Assembly (NCBI RefSeq): GCF_027319265.1
Contig: NZ_DAHVNP010000049.1
Location: forward strand, 11,558 to 75,557
Source: Ferrimicrobium sp.
Lineage (GTDB): Bacteria; Actinomycetota; Acidimicrobiia; Acidimicrobiales; Acidimicrobiaceae
Length of the DNA: 64,000 bases
Direction of reading: 5' to 3'
Part shown: one piece after another, positions 35,443 through 44,870 of the stretch
How the letters are laid out: each line of letters starts with the position of its first letter
Position numbering within the stretch: the stretch's first letter is position 1
Made by a program: the position numbers and the translations under genes
Notes under the pieces: model-generated
The model's database searches: none
What the model was told of the DNA's origin: nothing
Seen by the model: the letters and a program-made list of their open reading frames with translations, nothing else

Positions 35443-35902
35443 CGGATCCGTTCGGTTCCGTTCCTTGGGCACTCTTTGCGCCCATCTGCACGAGCGTCGA
35501 ATCGGCCCCACCACAACAGCCAGCATCCGTTGCATCACTTACCTCAGCCTGCACCGTAGCCGTCGGACCCTGCCCGGAGAGGGCACGGAGCGACCAAGTG
35601 ATCAACTCATCGCGCGTCGGATAGCGTCCATAGGAGAGCAGCTCCCCGGCGACAACGACTGCCGGTAATGCCCCCTCACCCTCCTTGGCGAGCAACGCTT
35701 GGATCACGGAGTTCTCCACAAAACTGCCGGGCTCCTGTGAGAGGTTGTATCGAACGACCGTCACCCCTTGACCACCAAGCCAGGTGAGGTCAGCTGCAAA
35801 AGTCGATAGTGCCGGGTCAACACTTGGCCCACAGACACCTGTCGAACAGCACATTGCGGGATCAAAAACCTCAACGATTGCCACTACTGCTACCTCCTCC
35901 AT
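35429..35902 (-). CDS. arsD: Arsenic metallochaperone/repressor ArsD
   Basis: VEVFDPAMCCSTGVCGPSVDP, RYNLSQEPGSF, and C-terminal GCCGG and SGCCG Cys pairs. The start is ATG 35902 (MEEVAVV). Confidence 0.88.
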   Translation of the reverse strand: MEEVAVVAIVEVFDPAMCCSTGVCGPSVDPALSTFAADLTWLGGQGVTVVRYNLSQEPGSFVENSVIQALLAKEGEGALPAVVVAGELLSYGRYPTRDELITWSLRALSGQGPTATVQAEVSDATDAGCCGGADSTLVQMGAKSAQGTEPNGSGCCG

Positions 35903-36344
35903 CACCAGCCCACGATCTCGATGACGTGAAGTACATCGCTTATCGTCGAACAACGATCAGTTTAGCACAATCGCCGCAGCAGCAAGCCATCGAGGGAAGA
36001 CCGACCCAACGACGTCATTCATCAACGTAATGCACAGGCAAGAAGCCGGCCTCGGCAGCATCGGTCCTAACCGACTCCATCGAAGGAGTGACGACTTGCA
36101 CAAGGAAGGTTCGCTGGCACCAGGACGTCAGGGTTTTGACACGGTGGGTCAACTCACGCTTGCGTACCCTCGAACAACGCTTGGCCGCTTACCATCGACC
36201 CCAGCGTCATCCGTTGCGTTGACGTTCTCCACCCGACGCACGTTCGTGAAAACCACACTCTGGACCAGGAAATGACGACCACAACGCGCAGCCACCCAAC
36301 AGAGTCAAACTGGCGGGGTCGCACTGGCGGGGTGCGTGGATCAC

Positions 36345-37328
36345 TCAAGGGAGCAGTTCGGTAACCTCTGATCGTTCGCCCAACAGCTCGTCCCTCGTCG
36401 TGGCGATCGCGTCCTGAGCAGCCTCGTTGTGATCGAGTCCTGTGACGACTTCCCAGGAGTTTCCATCCGAACGGATCGGGAATCCGAACTGGAGACCCTC
36501 GGGAATCCCGTACTCTCCGTGCGACATCACTCCGACCGAAAACCAATCGTTCGCCGGCGTCGGGGTGGCGATCGAGCGAACCGTATCGATCACCGCGTTT
36601 GCCGCGGATGCCGCAGACGAGGCTCCTCGGGCTTCAATGATCGCCGCTCCGCGCTTTTGCACGGTCGTGACGAACTCACCGCTGAGCCAGGTGTGATCGC
36701 TGATCACCTTTGGAACCTCGATGCCATCGATCTCGGCATGGTAATAGTCCGGGAACTGTGTCGCAGAGTGGTTACCCCAGACTGCCATCTTGGTCACCGA
36801 CGTCACCGGCTTATCAGCCTTTCTGGCCAGCTGCGTCATTGCACGATTCTGGTCGAGTCGCATCATGGAAAACCAGCGATCCGCCGGAACATCTTTGCCG
36901 TTCTCTCTCGCGATGAGACAGTTTGTGTTGCAAGGATTACCCACCACGACAACACGGACGTCATTCGCCGCCGAAGCGGCGATCGCCTGTCCCTGTGGCT
37001 TGAAGATTCCACCGTTGATGCCGAGCAGATCTCGCCGTTCCATACCTTGTTTGCGTGGGACCGATCCAATCAGCAAGGCCCAACTCACGCCGTCAAAGCC
37101 GACCTTCAGGTCGCTCGTGCTCACAACATTGACAAGATTTGGAAACGCGCAGTCATCGAGCTCCATCACCACGCCCTCGAGCGCGCGCATCGCTGGGTCG
37201 ATCTCAATCAGCCGCAGCTCCACTGGCACATCAGCACCAAAGACATCGCCAGCCGCAATCCGAAACAACAGCGAGTAACTAATTTGTCCTGCCGCGCCCG
37301 TAACCGCAACCTTGACTGGACCTTTCAT
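36345..37328 (-). CDS. mdh: Malate dehydrogenase (NAD-dependent, LDH-like cytoplasmic type)
   Basis: [35 protein letters not shown] and MRLDQNRA. The start is ATG 37328 rather than the track start 37469. Confidence 0.92.
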   Translation of the reverse strand: MKGPVKVAVTGAAGQISYSLLFRIAAGDVFGADVPVELRLIEIDPAMRALEGVVMELDDCAFPNLVNVVSTSDLKVGFDGVSWALLIGSVPRKQGMERRDLLGINGGIFKPQGQAIAASAANDVRVVVVGNPCNTNCLIARENGKDVPADRWFSMMRLDQNRAMTQLARKADKPVTSVTKMAVWGNHSATQFPDYYHAEIDGIEVPKVISDHTWLSGEFVTTVQKRGAAIIEARGASSAASAANAVIDTVRSIATPTPANDWFSVGVMSHGEYGIPEGLQFGFPIRSDGNSWEVVTGLDHNEAAQDAIATTRDELLGERSEVTELLP

Positions 37329-37429
37329 CTCTTCTCTTCCTTTCTCATCAACATTCTCATCTGTGATCGATAGTGACCGGTCACCGCCAGCCGACGAACC
37401 GATGTTCTTCGGACCAAATTCGATGTCCC

Positions 37430-38626
37430 CTAGATGCGTTCCGCAATCGCATGGCCGAACTCCGAACACGAGACCTCAGTGGCACCCTCCATGAGACGGG
37501 CAAAGTCGTAGGTGACAATCTTGGCTGCAATGGTCTCCTCAAGAGCACGGGTGATTGCATCAGCCACCTCCTGGAGACCGAGATACTCGAACATCATCAC
37601 ACCCGAGAGGATCACGGATCCCGGATTCACCTTGTCCTGTCCCGCATACTTGGGTGCGGTCCCATGGGTCGCCTCAAAAACGCCGTGTCCGGTAACGTAG
37701 TTGATGTTGCCTCCAGGGGCAATACCAATTCCGCCGACCTGTGCCGCTAGCGCATCGGAGAGGTAATCTCCATTGAGATTCATCGTTGCGATCACGTCGA
37801 ACTCATCCGCCCGCGTAAGGACCTGTTGGAGCGCATTGTCAGCGATGGCATCTTTGACCAACAGACGGTCCCCAGGATCTCCGTGACACTCCTCCCAACT
37901 CACCGCTCGGTCAGCAAACTCCTCTTTGACGAGTTCGTAACCCCAGGAACGAAAAGCTCCCTCGGTAAACTTTTGAATATTGCCTTTATGCACCAAGGTG
38001 ACGCTACGACGATGGTGCTCGAGTGCATAGTTCAGTGCTGCCCTGATCAGTCGCTGCGATCCAGTCTTCGAGATCGGCTTAATCCCTATGCCGGAGTCAC
38101 TTCGAATCTCCCAGCCAAAGGTGTCATGAAGGAATTCACGGAGTTTGGCTGCCTCAGGGGTGCCCTCTGCCACCTCAAGACCGGCATAGACATCCTCTGT
38201 GTTCTCCCGGAAGATCACCATATCCACCAACTCCGGGCGACGCACCGGTGAAGGCACGCCCCGAAACCAACGGACTGGGCGAAGACATACGTAAAGATCC
38301 ATGATCTGGCGAATGGCGACATTGAGAGAGCGAATCCCACCACCGACCGGCGTCGTCAATGGACCCTTGATACCAACACGATAGTCACGGAACGCCTCAA
38401 TAGTCGCCTCGGGCAACCACTCGCCCGTCTCACGATAGGCCTTCTCTCCCGCAAGCACCTCCTTCCAGGAGACGCGCTGACCGTGTTTTGCGAGCGCGGT
38501 ATCAAAGACGTGCTGGGCTGCCGGCCAGATATCAATACCAGTGCCGTCACCCTCAATGTAGGGCAATACGACGTCGTTAGGAACTACCAATTTGCCCTGC
38601 GCATCGAGGGTCAATTTCTCAGCCAT
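37430..38626 (-). CDS. icd: Isocitrate dehydrogenase (NADP-dependent, homodimeric type)
   Basis: 398 aa with [22 protein letters not shown] and [25 protein letters not shown]. Confidence 0.93.
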   Translation of the reverse strand: MAEKLTLDAQGKLVVPNDVVLPYIEGDGTGIDIWPAAQHVFDTALAKHGQRVSWKEVLAGEKAYRETGEWLPEATIEAFRDYRVGIKGPLTTPVGGGIRSLNVAIRQIMDLYVCLRPVRWFRGVPSPVRRPELVDMVIFRENTEDVYAGLEVAEGTPEAAKLREFLHDTFGWEIRSDSGIGIKPISKTGSQRLIRAALNYALEHHRRSVTLVHKGNIQKFTEGAFRSWGYELVKEEFADRAVSWEECHGDPGDRLLVKDAIADNALQQVLTRADEFDVIATMNLNGDYLSDALAAQVGGIGIAPGGNINYVTGHGVFEATHGTAPKYAGQDKVNPGSVILSGVMMFEYLGLQEVADAITRALEETIAAKIVTYDFARLMEGATEVSCSEFGHAIAERI

Positions 38627-38758
38627 AAGCCGATTCTACTCTTGCAGAGCCCCCGGCTTCCAATCAAGGATCGGCGCGCCGACCGTCATGCGGCGGGGAC
38701 TGACACCAGGAGACCACCAGACGATCAGATCCATCGTGCGGTGCCGCGCTCGGCGCGC

Positions 38759-39934
38759 TCAGTTGTCGACCGAGCGCCGTAACCGCCATAGATTAGGGTC
38801 GTCGAACTCATCTGGGCTTGGGAACAGCGATGCGTCGTGGAGCGCGGCCACGAGGGCAGCGATATCGTCCTCGGTGCCATCGATCTCACCCGCAAAGCGC
38901 TCAGCACGCGCCCGCACCTCCGCCAGTGTGATCCCAAAGACCGACGCCATCACCGACCGGGCCGGGTCCTCGTCGAGGTACTGATTCATCCCTTCAATCC
39001 AGGTCGTGCTCCCAAAAACCGAAGGGCCGATCTGGGCCATCACCAGCTCGACAAAGGCCTGCACCACCGCCATCGTCGTCTGCAACTCTGCCACGTTGGC
39101 TACTTGAGCAGGGCTCGTGGACTGCTCAAGCATCGCCGTGGGGTCAAAATTGGTGAGAAAGTTCGGGTCTGACATCGCACCCTCGGTAAAGCTCTCCATC
39201 ATGCGGGTGGTGTCAGCCTTGAGGTCGAGTAGATAGAGTCGGAGCTCGGTGTCGAACCGATCGAGGATCACCGGTTGCGCCAGGACCCTAGAGACGATGA
39301 GTTCGCGCATGCTCCAGTAGAGCGCCACCTCGTCGAGCGGTACGTGAATCGCCGTAGCCACTCGCTGCAGGTTGCCTACGATCACACCGAGATCCCCTGG
39401 CGGGGTGAGCGGCAAAAGGAGATCCTGCGTACCAAGCGCTGAGAGTGCATAATGGCCGACCAGTGATCCAACCTGTGCATTGGAAAACATTGGGCCCAAC
39501 GAGGCCGACAGCGACGCCGCGAGAGACGCAAAATCCGTCTCAGCACCCAAGGACAGATCCATCGAGCCCGAGGGGACACTGCCCGCCAGCGCCGAAGCGA
39601 GCAGGTCGAGGTACGGTTTCAGTCCCTCAAGACACCGCTCCGCGATGTCGACGGGGCGCTCGACGAGGAGACGCCGAGGGGACCAGGGGATGCTCGAGAG
39701 GAATCCCACCGCCTCAAGGTGTCGCGTGGCAAGATCAAAGAGGGACTCCACCCTTGTGCGCTCGCTCATGGCCGGGAGTGCGTTGGCAGACTCAGCGCCG
39801 AGCGCGAGGCCCATAAACTGCCGTCGTAGACCCTGGGGGTCAACATTTGCCGATCCGATCGCCTTCATGATGTCATCCATCATGAATTGAAACGGGTTGA
39901 TTGGCTCATCAGAATCGGCCACCACTACCTCCAC
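38759..39934 (-). CDS. DUF2342-type zinc-metalloprotease paralog lacking the HExxH motif
   Basis: 391 aa, colinear with the 58514..59521 protein. DEVALYWSMRELIVSRVL aligns with DEVALWVLVHELTHRAQF, TTMAVVQAFVELVM with TMMTVAEGHAEWVM, and C-terminal PSPDEFDDPNLWRLRR with PTADELTDPACWLRR. Confidence 0.6.
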   Translation of the reverse strand: MEVVVADSDEPINPFQFMMDDIMKAIGSANVDPQGLRRQFMGLALGAESANALPAMSERTRVESLFDLATRHLEAVGFLSSIPWSPRRLLVERPVDIAERCLEGLKPYLDLLASALAGSVPSGSMDLSLGAETDFASLAASLSASLGPMFSNAQVGSLVGHYALSALGTQDLLLPLTPPGDLGVIVGNLQRVATAIHVPLDEVALYWSMRELIVSRVLAQPVILDRFDTELRLYLLDLKADTTRMMESFTEGAMSDPNFLTNFDPTAMLEQSTSPAQVANVAELQTTMAVVQAFVELVMAQIGPSVFGSTTWIEGMNQYLDEDPARSVMASVFGITLAEVRARAERFAGEIDGTEDDIAALVAALHDASLFPSPDEFDDPNLWRLRRSVDN

Positions 39935-40182
39935 AAAATCGACGACAACGCCTCTAAGTGTAGCCGAGAAGGACCATCCGAGAACTTTGTCGCCCAGCGG
40001 GAGGACTCAGACCCGCATACCACCGCGCAGCCAGGCGTTACTCTTGCGCCCCTGCGACTGAGATCCAGCTAAGAACTCGGTGTGAATCCCGGCGATTAGC
40101 ACCGACTCATCGGCTAGGAAGCCTATCCTTTTAGGGGTAGGGCAACTGAGTCGATCAGGCAGCACGAGGAGGAGTACATCAA

Positions 40183-40692
40183 ATGGAGGCACCACGGCCA
40201 TCGTTACCGTGGCGAGTTCAAACGCCTCGGCGTTGGCTCGAGCTCACCGATGAACCGCTTGACGTGGGCTTGGTCTATGACTTCCTCAATCGAACGGATG
40301 CCGGTGGTATCGTGCTCTTCTCTGGAACCGTTCGAACCTACTCCTCCGAGATGGACCAAGTCTCTGCGATCCATTACGAAGCCTATCTTGACCTCGTCGC
40401 CGATCGCCTCGGCGAGATCGCAACATCGATCGAGGAGACCTTCGAAGAGGTTCGATCTCTCGTGATCATGCACCGCCTCGGCGAGGTGCCGACAGGTGCG
40501 TCGAGCGTCCTCGTAGGCTGTAGCGCTGGACACCGCGATGCTGCCTTCGGGGCAAGTCGCTATGGCATCGACACCATCAAGGTCGCCGTCCCGATCTGGA
40601 AACAAGAGAAGAACCAGCAGGGGGCACAGTGGTCGTCATCAGCGACACCTCTACAAGATATTCCAACCCCAATGAAAGGTTCCCATGGCTGA
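40183..40692 (+). CDS. moaE: Molybdopterin synthase catalytic subunit
   Basis: GAGGAGGAG RBS 8 nt upstream. Motifs are GGIVLFSGTVR, IHYEAY, HRLGEVPTGASSVLVGCSAGHRDAAF and PIWKQE. Confidence 0.85.
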   Translation: MEAPRPSLPWRVQTPRRWLELTDEPLDVGLVYDFLNRTDAGGIVLFSGTVRTYSSEMDQVSAIHYEAYLDLVADRLGEIATSIEETFEEVRSLVIMHRLGEVPTGASSVLVGCSAGHRDAAFGASRYGIDTIKVAVPIWKQEKNQQGAQWSSSATPLQDIPTPMKGSHG

Positions 40693-40876
40693 ACTCTTAT
40701 ACGTTTTGATCCCAATCGCCTTTGTCGTTATCATCGGACTGCTCAGCTCGTTGCATCGGGTCAAGCCGGTCTCGATCGACGACGGCGTGCGCTCTTTCGA
40801 CAGTATGCGTCGTGCTCTCAACAAGCAACACCGTAATGAACCTGCCTCTCCAGGCGCTGGCTCATCACGGTCCTAG
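40685..40876 (+). CDS. Small single-pass membrane protein, hypothetical
   Basis: 63 aa with TM helix LLYVLIPIAFVVIIGLL. It overlaps moaE by 8 nt and abuts the next start (TAGATG). Confidence 0.4.
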   Translation: MAELLYVLIPIAFVVIIGLLSSLHRVKPVSIDDGVRSFDSMRRALNKQHRNEPASPGAGSSRS

Positions 40877-41857
40877 ATGGCGCTCATCACCCTCGACATC
40901 GGCGCTGCCTTCACGCGTATTCAGATCGGCAACGAGCCGATCTTAACCGTCGCTTCTGAGGCTGCCTACGACCTCGATCGCAAAACGGTGAAGGTTATCG
41001 GTGCGAACGCAAGCCAAGAGGTGTTGCGGAGCGGCTCCAAGACCAGGCTGGTCAGGATTATGGAACGGGGAGCGCCGGCCGATCCGGGAGTGTTGAGTGG
41101 CTTCCTCCAACAGGCGCTTCGATCGATCGGTGTACGCTCCTTCGGGCGCAGTGAGGTGCTCGTTGCGGCCACGACTCACGCCTCTCCACTCGACATCGCC
41201 TCACTCAAACGCTGCATCGAGAAGTTGAATGCCAAGACCGTCACCCCGTTGGAGACGCCGATCGCAGCTACCGCCGGTATTGATCAGGATGTGCTCGGCG
41301 AAGTCGGTACCATGACGGTGGTCCTCGGCGAATCGTTAGTCGAAGCGGGCATCGTGTCCTTTGGCAAACTCGCCGCGCGAGCTACGAGCCCAACCGGCGT
41401 GAGCTCATTGCGCAGCGCCATTCGCGAATCCGTCAAGACCACCTGCGACCTCGTCATCTCGGAGGAGGTCGCCAACGACATCTTGATTGAGCTGATCGAT
41501 TTCCAGCGCAGCCATCGCGGAGTCCAGGCCAAGATCTGGGGTAGGAGCTTGGCCAACGGGGAGAGCGAGAGTGGCGTGATCACTGAGGATGTGATCTTCG
41601 CCGCTATTCTCCCAGGCCTTGAGCTCATCACTCAAACGATCACCTCATGTATCTCGCAGGCCCCAAACCAATTGGTGACCGACGTCGCTGATCGTGGACT
41701 GTGGCTCCTCGGTGGTGGTGCGCATCTCCCGGGCCTGGCACCCGAACTCGAACGACGCCTTGGCGTAGAGGTGCATACCATCGCAGAACCCGAACTCGCC
41801 GTCGTCCGCGGGCTCTCGGTGATTCATGCCGTGAACCCGACCAAGATCTACTGGTAA
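40877..41857 (+). CDS. Divergent MreB/actin-like (ASKHA fold) protein
   Basis: 326 aa. ITLDIGAAFTRI is phosphate-1-like and LWLLGGGAHLPGLAPELERRLGVEVHTIAEPELAVVRG is the adenosine motif/MreB C-terminus. The phosphate-2 site reads VVLGESLVE instead of DIGGGTT. Confidence 0.65.
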   Translation: MALITLDIGAAFTRIQIGNEPILTVASEAAYDLDRKTVKVIGANASQEVLRSGSKTRLVRIMERGAPADPGVLSGFLQQALRSIGVRSFGRSEVLVAATTHASPLDIASLKRCIEKLNAKTVTPLETPIAATAGIDQDVLGEVGTMTVVLGESLVEAGIVSFGKLAARATSPTGVSSLRSAIRESVKTTCDLVISEEVANDILIELIDFQRSHRGVQAKIWGRSLANGESESGVITEDVIFAAILPGLELITQTITSCISQAPNQLVTDVADRGLWLLGGGAHLPGLAPELERRLGVEVHTIAEPELAVVRGLSVIHAVNPTKIYW

Positions 41858-42480
41858 GGATCTCGCTCAAGATCGACAAAGAGCTGGCGGATCTGCGCAT
41901 CACGATCATCTCGGAGCGCCTCAACCGCACGGTCGATCTCGGGTGACTCAAAGGCCACAGAGATCACCAATGCCCTCCGGCGTAGGTAGACGCTCTTGGC
42001 GCTTAGAGCAGCGAGTACCACTGGTATCGCGCGTTGGTCTCCAATGGCGCCGAGACTCGCCAGCGCAGCCTCTCGCACCAACAGTTCCTCGTGATCAGTA
42101 GCGAGTTCGATCAACCGTGGAACCAGCTCGGGGTCCTCCAATTCACCCGCGACAAAAGCTCCAAATTCGGCGACGAGCCACGAACCATCTTCCATCCATC
42201 GCTTCGCATGCACGCTCGAGCGCCGATCGTTTGGAACAGCCGTCACTGCAGCAATGCCGACCCGAGCATCTGGATGAGCAAGTGCTATCTCCAAGATCTC
42301 TTCATCTGGACCAAATCTTCGTTGATAGGCTCGATGCCCCTGCGCCAAGTGTTCGGCGGGCAACACTTCGAGCAGTGCTCGCAACTCCGCACGACTCCCA
42401 TGGAGGAGGACCTCAAGCTCATCCGCCACGACGAGCTCCAGCGATGGTAAAGAGGGCGACCGCGGTTGCGGCACTGGCAT
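41848..42480 (-). CDS. HEAT-repeat protein
   Basis: Repeated xxVRxAAxxALGxIGDxRAIPxL-like units (REAALASLGAIGDQRAIPVVLAAL and LRRRALVISVA). The start is probably internal, because the track start overlaps rlmB by 62 nt. Confidence 0.6.
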   Translation of the reverse strand: MPVPQPRSPSLPSLELVVADELEVLLHGSRAELRALLEVLPAEHLAQGHRAYQRRFGPDEEILEIALAHPDARVGIAAVTAVPNDRRSSVHAKRWMEDGSWLVAEFGAFVAGELEDPELVPRLIELATDHEELLVREAALASLGAIGDQRAIPVVLAALSAKSVYLRRRALVISVAFESPEIDRAVEALRDDRDAQIRQLFVDLERDPYQ

Positions 42481-43159
42481 TGAGCGACGCTACCGATGGT
42501 GCCATCGGGATCTTGACCAAGAGATCACAGCGCTGTCGCGTCAGCCGCGCAAGTCCGTCGCCTTCGGCACCGACGACGAGCGCAAGCGGTTCCGTGAGGA
42601 GGTTGGACTCGGCAAGGACGGTATCGGCCTCGGCGGCGAGACCGACGGTCCACACCCCATGTTTCTGGAGGAATGCTAAGGCGTTGGGGATACCGGCAAC
42701 TACCGCAAAGTCGAGGTACTCCACCGCACCAGAGGCAACCTTGGTCACCGCTGGTGTGACGAGCGCCCCACGGCGCTCGGGCAGAATAACCCCACTCACG
42801 CCAGCTCCGGCCGCACTGCGCAACATGGCACCGAGATTCTGGGGATCTTGTATGCGATCAAGCACCAGCAACAGGGCATCCGCTCCCACAAGCTCGTCAA
42901 GGGCCCGTGATCGCAGAGGCTCCGCAATCGCGAGGACTCCCTGTGGTTGGAAGGAGGAGGCCCGCTCCCTAAAGGTACTCTCGCTGACCTCGCGCACCCG
43001 TACGCCGACCGAGGCCGCCACCTGGACAATCTCCTCGTCGACGGCCCTACGCTGGCACCAGACCTCCTGCACCAACCGGCGCCGAGCGCGCAGAAGCTCA
43101 AGGACAGCCCGGCGACCCTCCACCTGGGTCCCCCCGACGTTACGTTCACTCATCGACAT
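42419..43159 (-). CDS. rlmB: 23S rRNA (guanosine-2'-O-)-methyltransferase, SpoU/TrmH family
   Basis: VEGRRAVLELLRA (substrate-binding N-domain), LDRIQDPQNLGAMLRSA, LVVGAEGDGL and SLNASAATAVALF. Confidence 0.85.
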   Translation of the reverse strand: MSMSERNVGGTQVEGRRAVLELLRARRRLVQEVWCQRRAVDEEIVQVAASVGVRVREVSESTFRERASSFQPQGVLAIAEPLRSRALDELVGADALLLVLDRIQDPQNLGAMLRSAAGAGVSGVILPERRGALVTPAVTKVASGAVEYLDFAVVAGIPNALAFLQKHGVWTVGLAAEADTVLAESNLLTEPLALVVGAEGDGLARLTRQRCDLLVKIPMAPSVASLNASAATAVALFTIAGARRGG

Positions 43160-43181
43160 TCACCCATAGAACGACACTCAC

Positions 43182-44261
43182 TCATAGAACGGTGGCCACG
43201 ACAAAGGTCGCGACACCGAGGCCAGCGCCGAGAGCCCCAAGACCCTCAGCACGCTTTGCCTTGACCAACACCGGGGCAGCCAGGACCGTGCCGAGCGCGC
43301 GCCCCAGGGCACCAAGCGATGGACCGAGACGTGGATGTTCTGCGATGATCGTGGCATCGATTGAGTGAATTTGATACCCTTTTGCGGCGATGGCGTCGAG
43401 ACATTCACCAAGGAGAACCATCGAGTTCGCACCACGCAACGCAGGATCAGTATCGGGGAAGAGATCTCCGATACCACCGATGCCAGCGGCACCGAGGATC
43501 GCATCGGCAACAGCGTGGGCGAGACAGTCTCCATCTGAGTGACCGACGAGCCCCGGTGGTCCAAAGTGCTCGCCCGCAAGGACCAGATCACCACCTCCGT
43601 CAGGATCGAAGGGGTGAATGTCAAAACCGAGCCCAACCCGTGGAATGCGCCATCGATCCAGATCGCTGCGCAGTGTGATCTTGGCGGCGAGTTCCTCACC
43701 CGCAACGATCGTCACTGGGTAACCCAACTGCTCGGCGATGGCCGCCTCGTCAGTCGCGTCCTGCTCCGCCTCAACGACCTCGGCTAACACCTTTCGAGCA
43801 AAACCCTGTGGCGTCTGCACTCGAACGATACTGCTACGGTCGAGGGTCTGGCGAACCATCCCTCCTTCAACGACCTTGAGCGTGTCGACGGAGCTGATCG
43901 CAGGCACCACCGCTGCACAACCCCGAGCGAGCGCCGCCACCACTCGTTCAAACAACGCTGGCGATGCAAAGGGACGGGCTGCATCGTGCACGAGGACATA
44001 CTCGACATCATCACCAAGTACTCGAAAGGCATTGGCGACGGAGCCTGTGCGTGTCGCGCCGCCAAAGGTATAGATCAGTTCCGGGGTAGATTCCGGGAGT
44101 TCGTAGCCTAGCGGCAAGGCAACCACGATCTGGTTCGAGACCGACCGTGCTTGGGCGATCGCTGAATCGAGCAGACTCACCCCGCCGATGCGTTCAAATT
44201 GTTTGTGGCCTCCGAATCGCTCCCCGGATCCGGCAGCGACAATCAGGGTGCCAACCGTCAA
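43182..44261 (-). CDS. ispDF: Bifunctional 2-C-methyl-D-erythritol 4-phosphate cytidylyltransferase / MEcPP synthase
   Basis: IVAAGSGERFG (IspD) is followed by GLGFDIHPF, GHSDGDCLAHAVADAILGA and FPDTDP (IspF) in one 359-aa ORF. Confidence 0.92.
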   Translation of the reverse strand: MTVGTLIVAAGSGERFGGHKQFERIGGVSLLDSAIAQARSVSNQIVVALPLGYELPESTPELIYTFGGATRTGSVANAFRVLGDDVEYVLVHDAARPFASPALFERVVAALARGCAAVVPAISSVDTLKVVEGGMVRQTLDRSSIVRVQTPQGFARKVLAEVVEAEQDATDEAAIAEQLGYPVTIVAGEELAAKITLRSDLDRWRIPRVGLGFDIHPFDPDGGGDLVLAGEHFGPPGLVGHSDGDCLAHAVADAILGAAGIGGIGDLFPDTDPALRGANSMVLLGECLDAIAAKGYQIHSIDATIIAEHPRLGPSLGALGRALGTVLAAPVLVKAKRAEGLGALGAGLGVATFVVATVL

Positions 44262-44272
44262 GAACCGCTCCG

Positions 44273-44752
44273 CTACGCGAGTGCCTTGTCGAGTCGCCCC
44301 TCAGCATCTTCAGGAGTAACCGACAGGGCGAAGGTAAGTTCCGAGACCAGGATCTGACGCGCCTTGGCTAACATCCGTCGTTCACCCGCCGAAAGACCCT
44401 TATCATTATCGCGGATGGTTAAATTACGAACAACCTCTGCCACCTGATAGATGTCGCCCGACTTCAACTTCTCAACATGATTCTTGTAACGCCGTGACCA
44501 ATTTGTTGGCATTCGCGCGTCCTTCTTGCCAAGGACAGCGAAGACCTCCTCCACCTCTTCATCGTTGATCACGTCGCGCAAACCAACCTCTTCGGCCAGT
44601 TCAACTGGGACACGAACCGTCAGATCCCCATACGCAATCTTGAGGACGAAGTACTCACGTTCTTCACCAAAATCCTCACGCCGCTCCCGATCTTCGATGA
44701 TGGCAGCACCATGGTGGGGATAGACGACCTTGTCGCCGACTTCAAATGACAA
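44273..44752 (-). CDS. carD: CarD family RNA polymerase-binding transcription regulator
   Basis: [18 protein letters not shown]... The start is assigned to TTG 44752, preceded by GGAAGG. The track start 44845 adds an implausible extension. Confidence 0.9.
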   Translation of the reverse strand: MSFEVGDKVVYPHHGAAIIEDRERREDFGEEREYFVLKIAYGDLTVRVPVELAEEVGLRDVINDEEVEEVFAVLGKKDARMPTNWSRRYKNHVEKLKSGDIYQVAEVVRNLTIRDNDKGLSAGERRMLAKARQILVSELTFALSVTPEDAEGRLDKALA

Positions 44753-44870
44753 TGAAACCGCCTTCCAGGAAGGACACACAGTAAGGATTAACTGAACTTT
44801 TCTATTAGTATACCAGGTCGGGTGCAGGGGGGTGGATATGCTCAAGTGGGCTGGTGTCGACGATACCGCT

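Noticed and set aside
23710-36344. Third copy of the tRNA-fMet att repeat marking the right end of the island
   Set aside because: I scanned the intergenic gaps (23710-23791, 24716-25153, 32645-32795, 33120-33249, 35903-36344) by eye. I found no GGTTCAAATCCTAC or GACTGGCC match. The boundary is left undefined and needs a computational search.
36429-37373. 314-aa plus-strand ORF
   Set aside because: It is antisense to malate dehydrogenase and Arg-rich, with no motif support.
42117-43169. 350-aa plus-strand ORF
   Set aside because: The Arg/Ala/Ser/Pro-rich translation is antisense to rlmB and the HEAT-repeat gene. It has no recognisable motifs.
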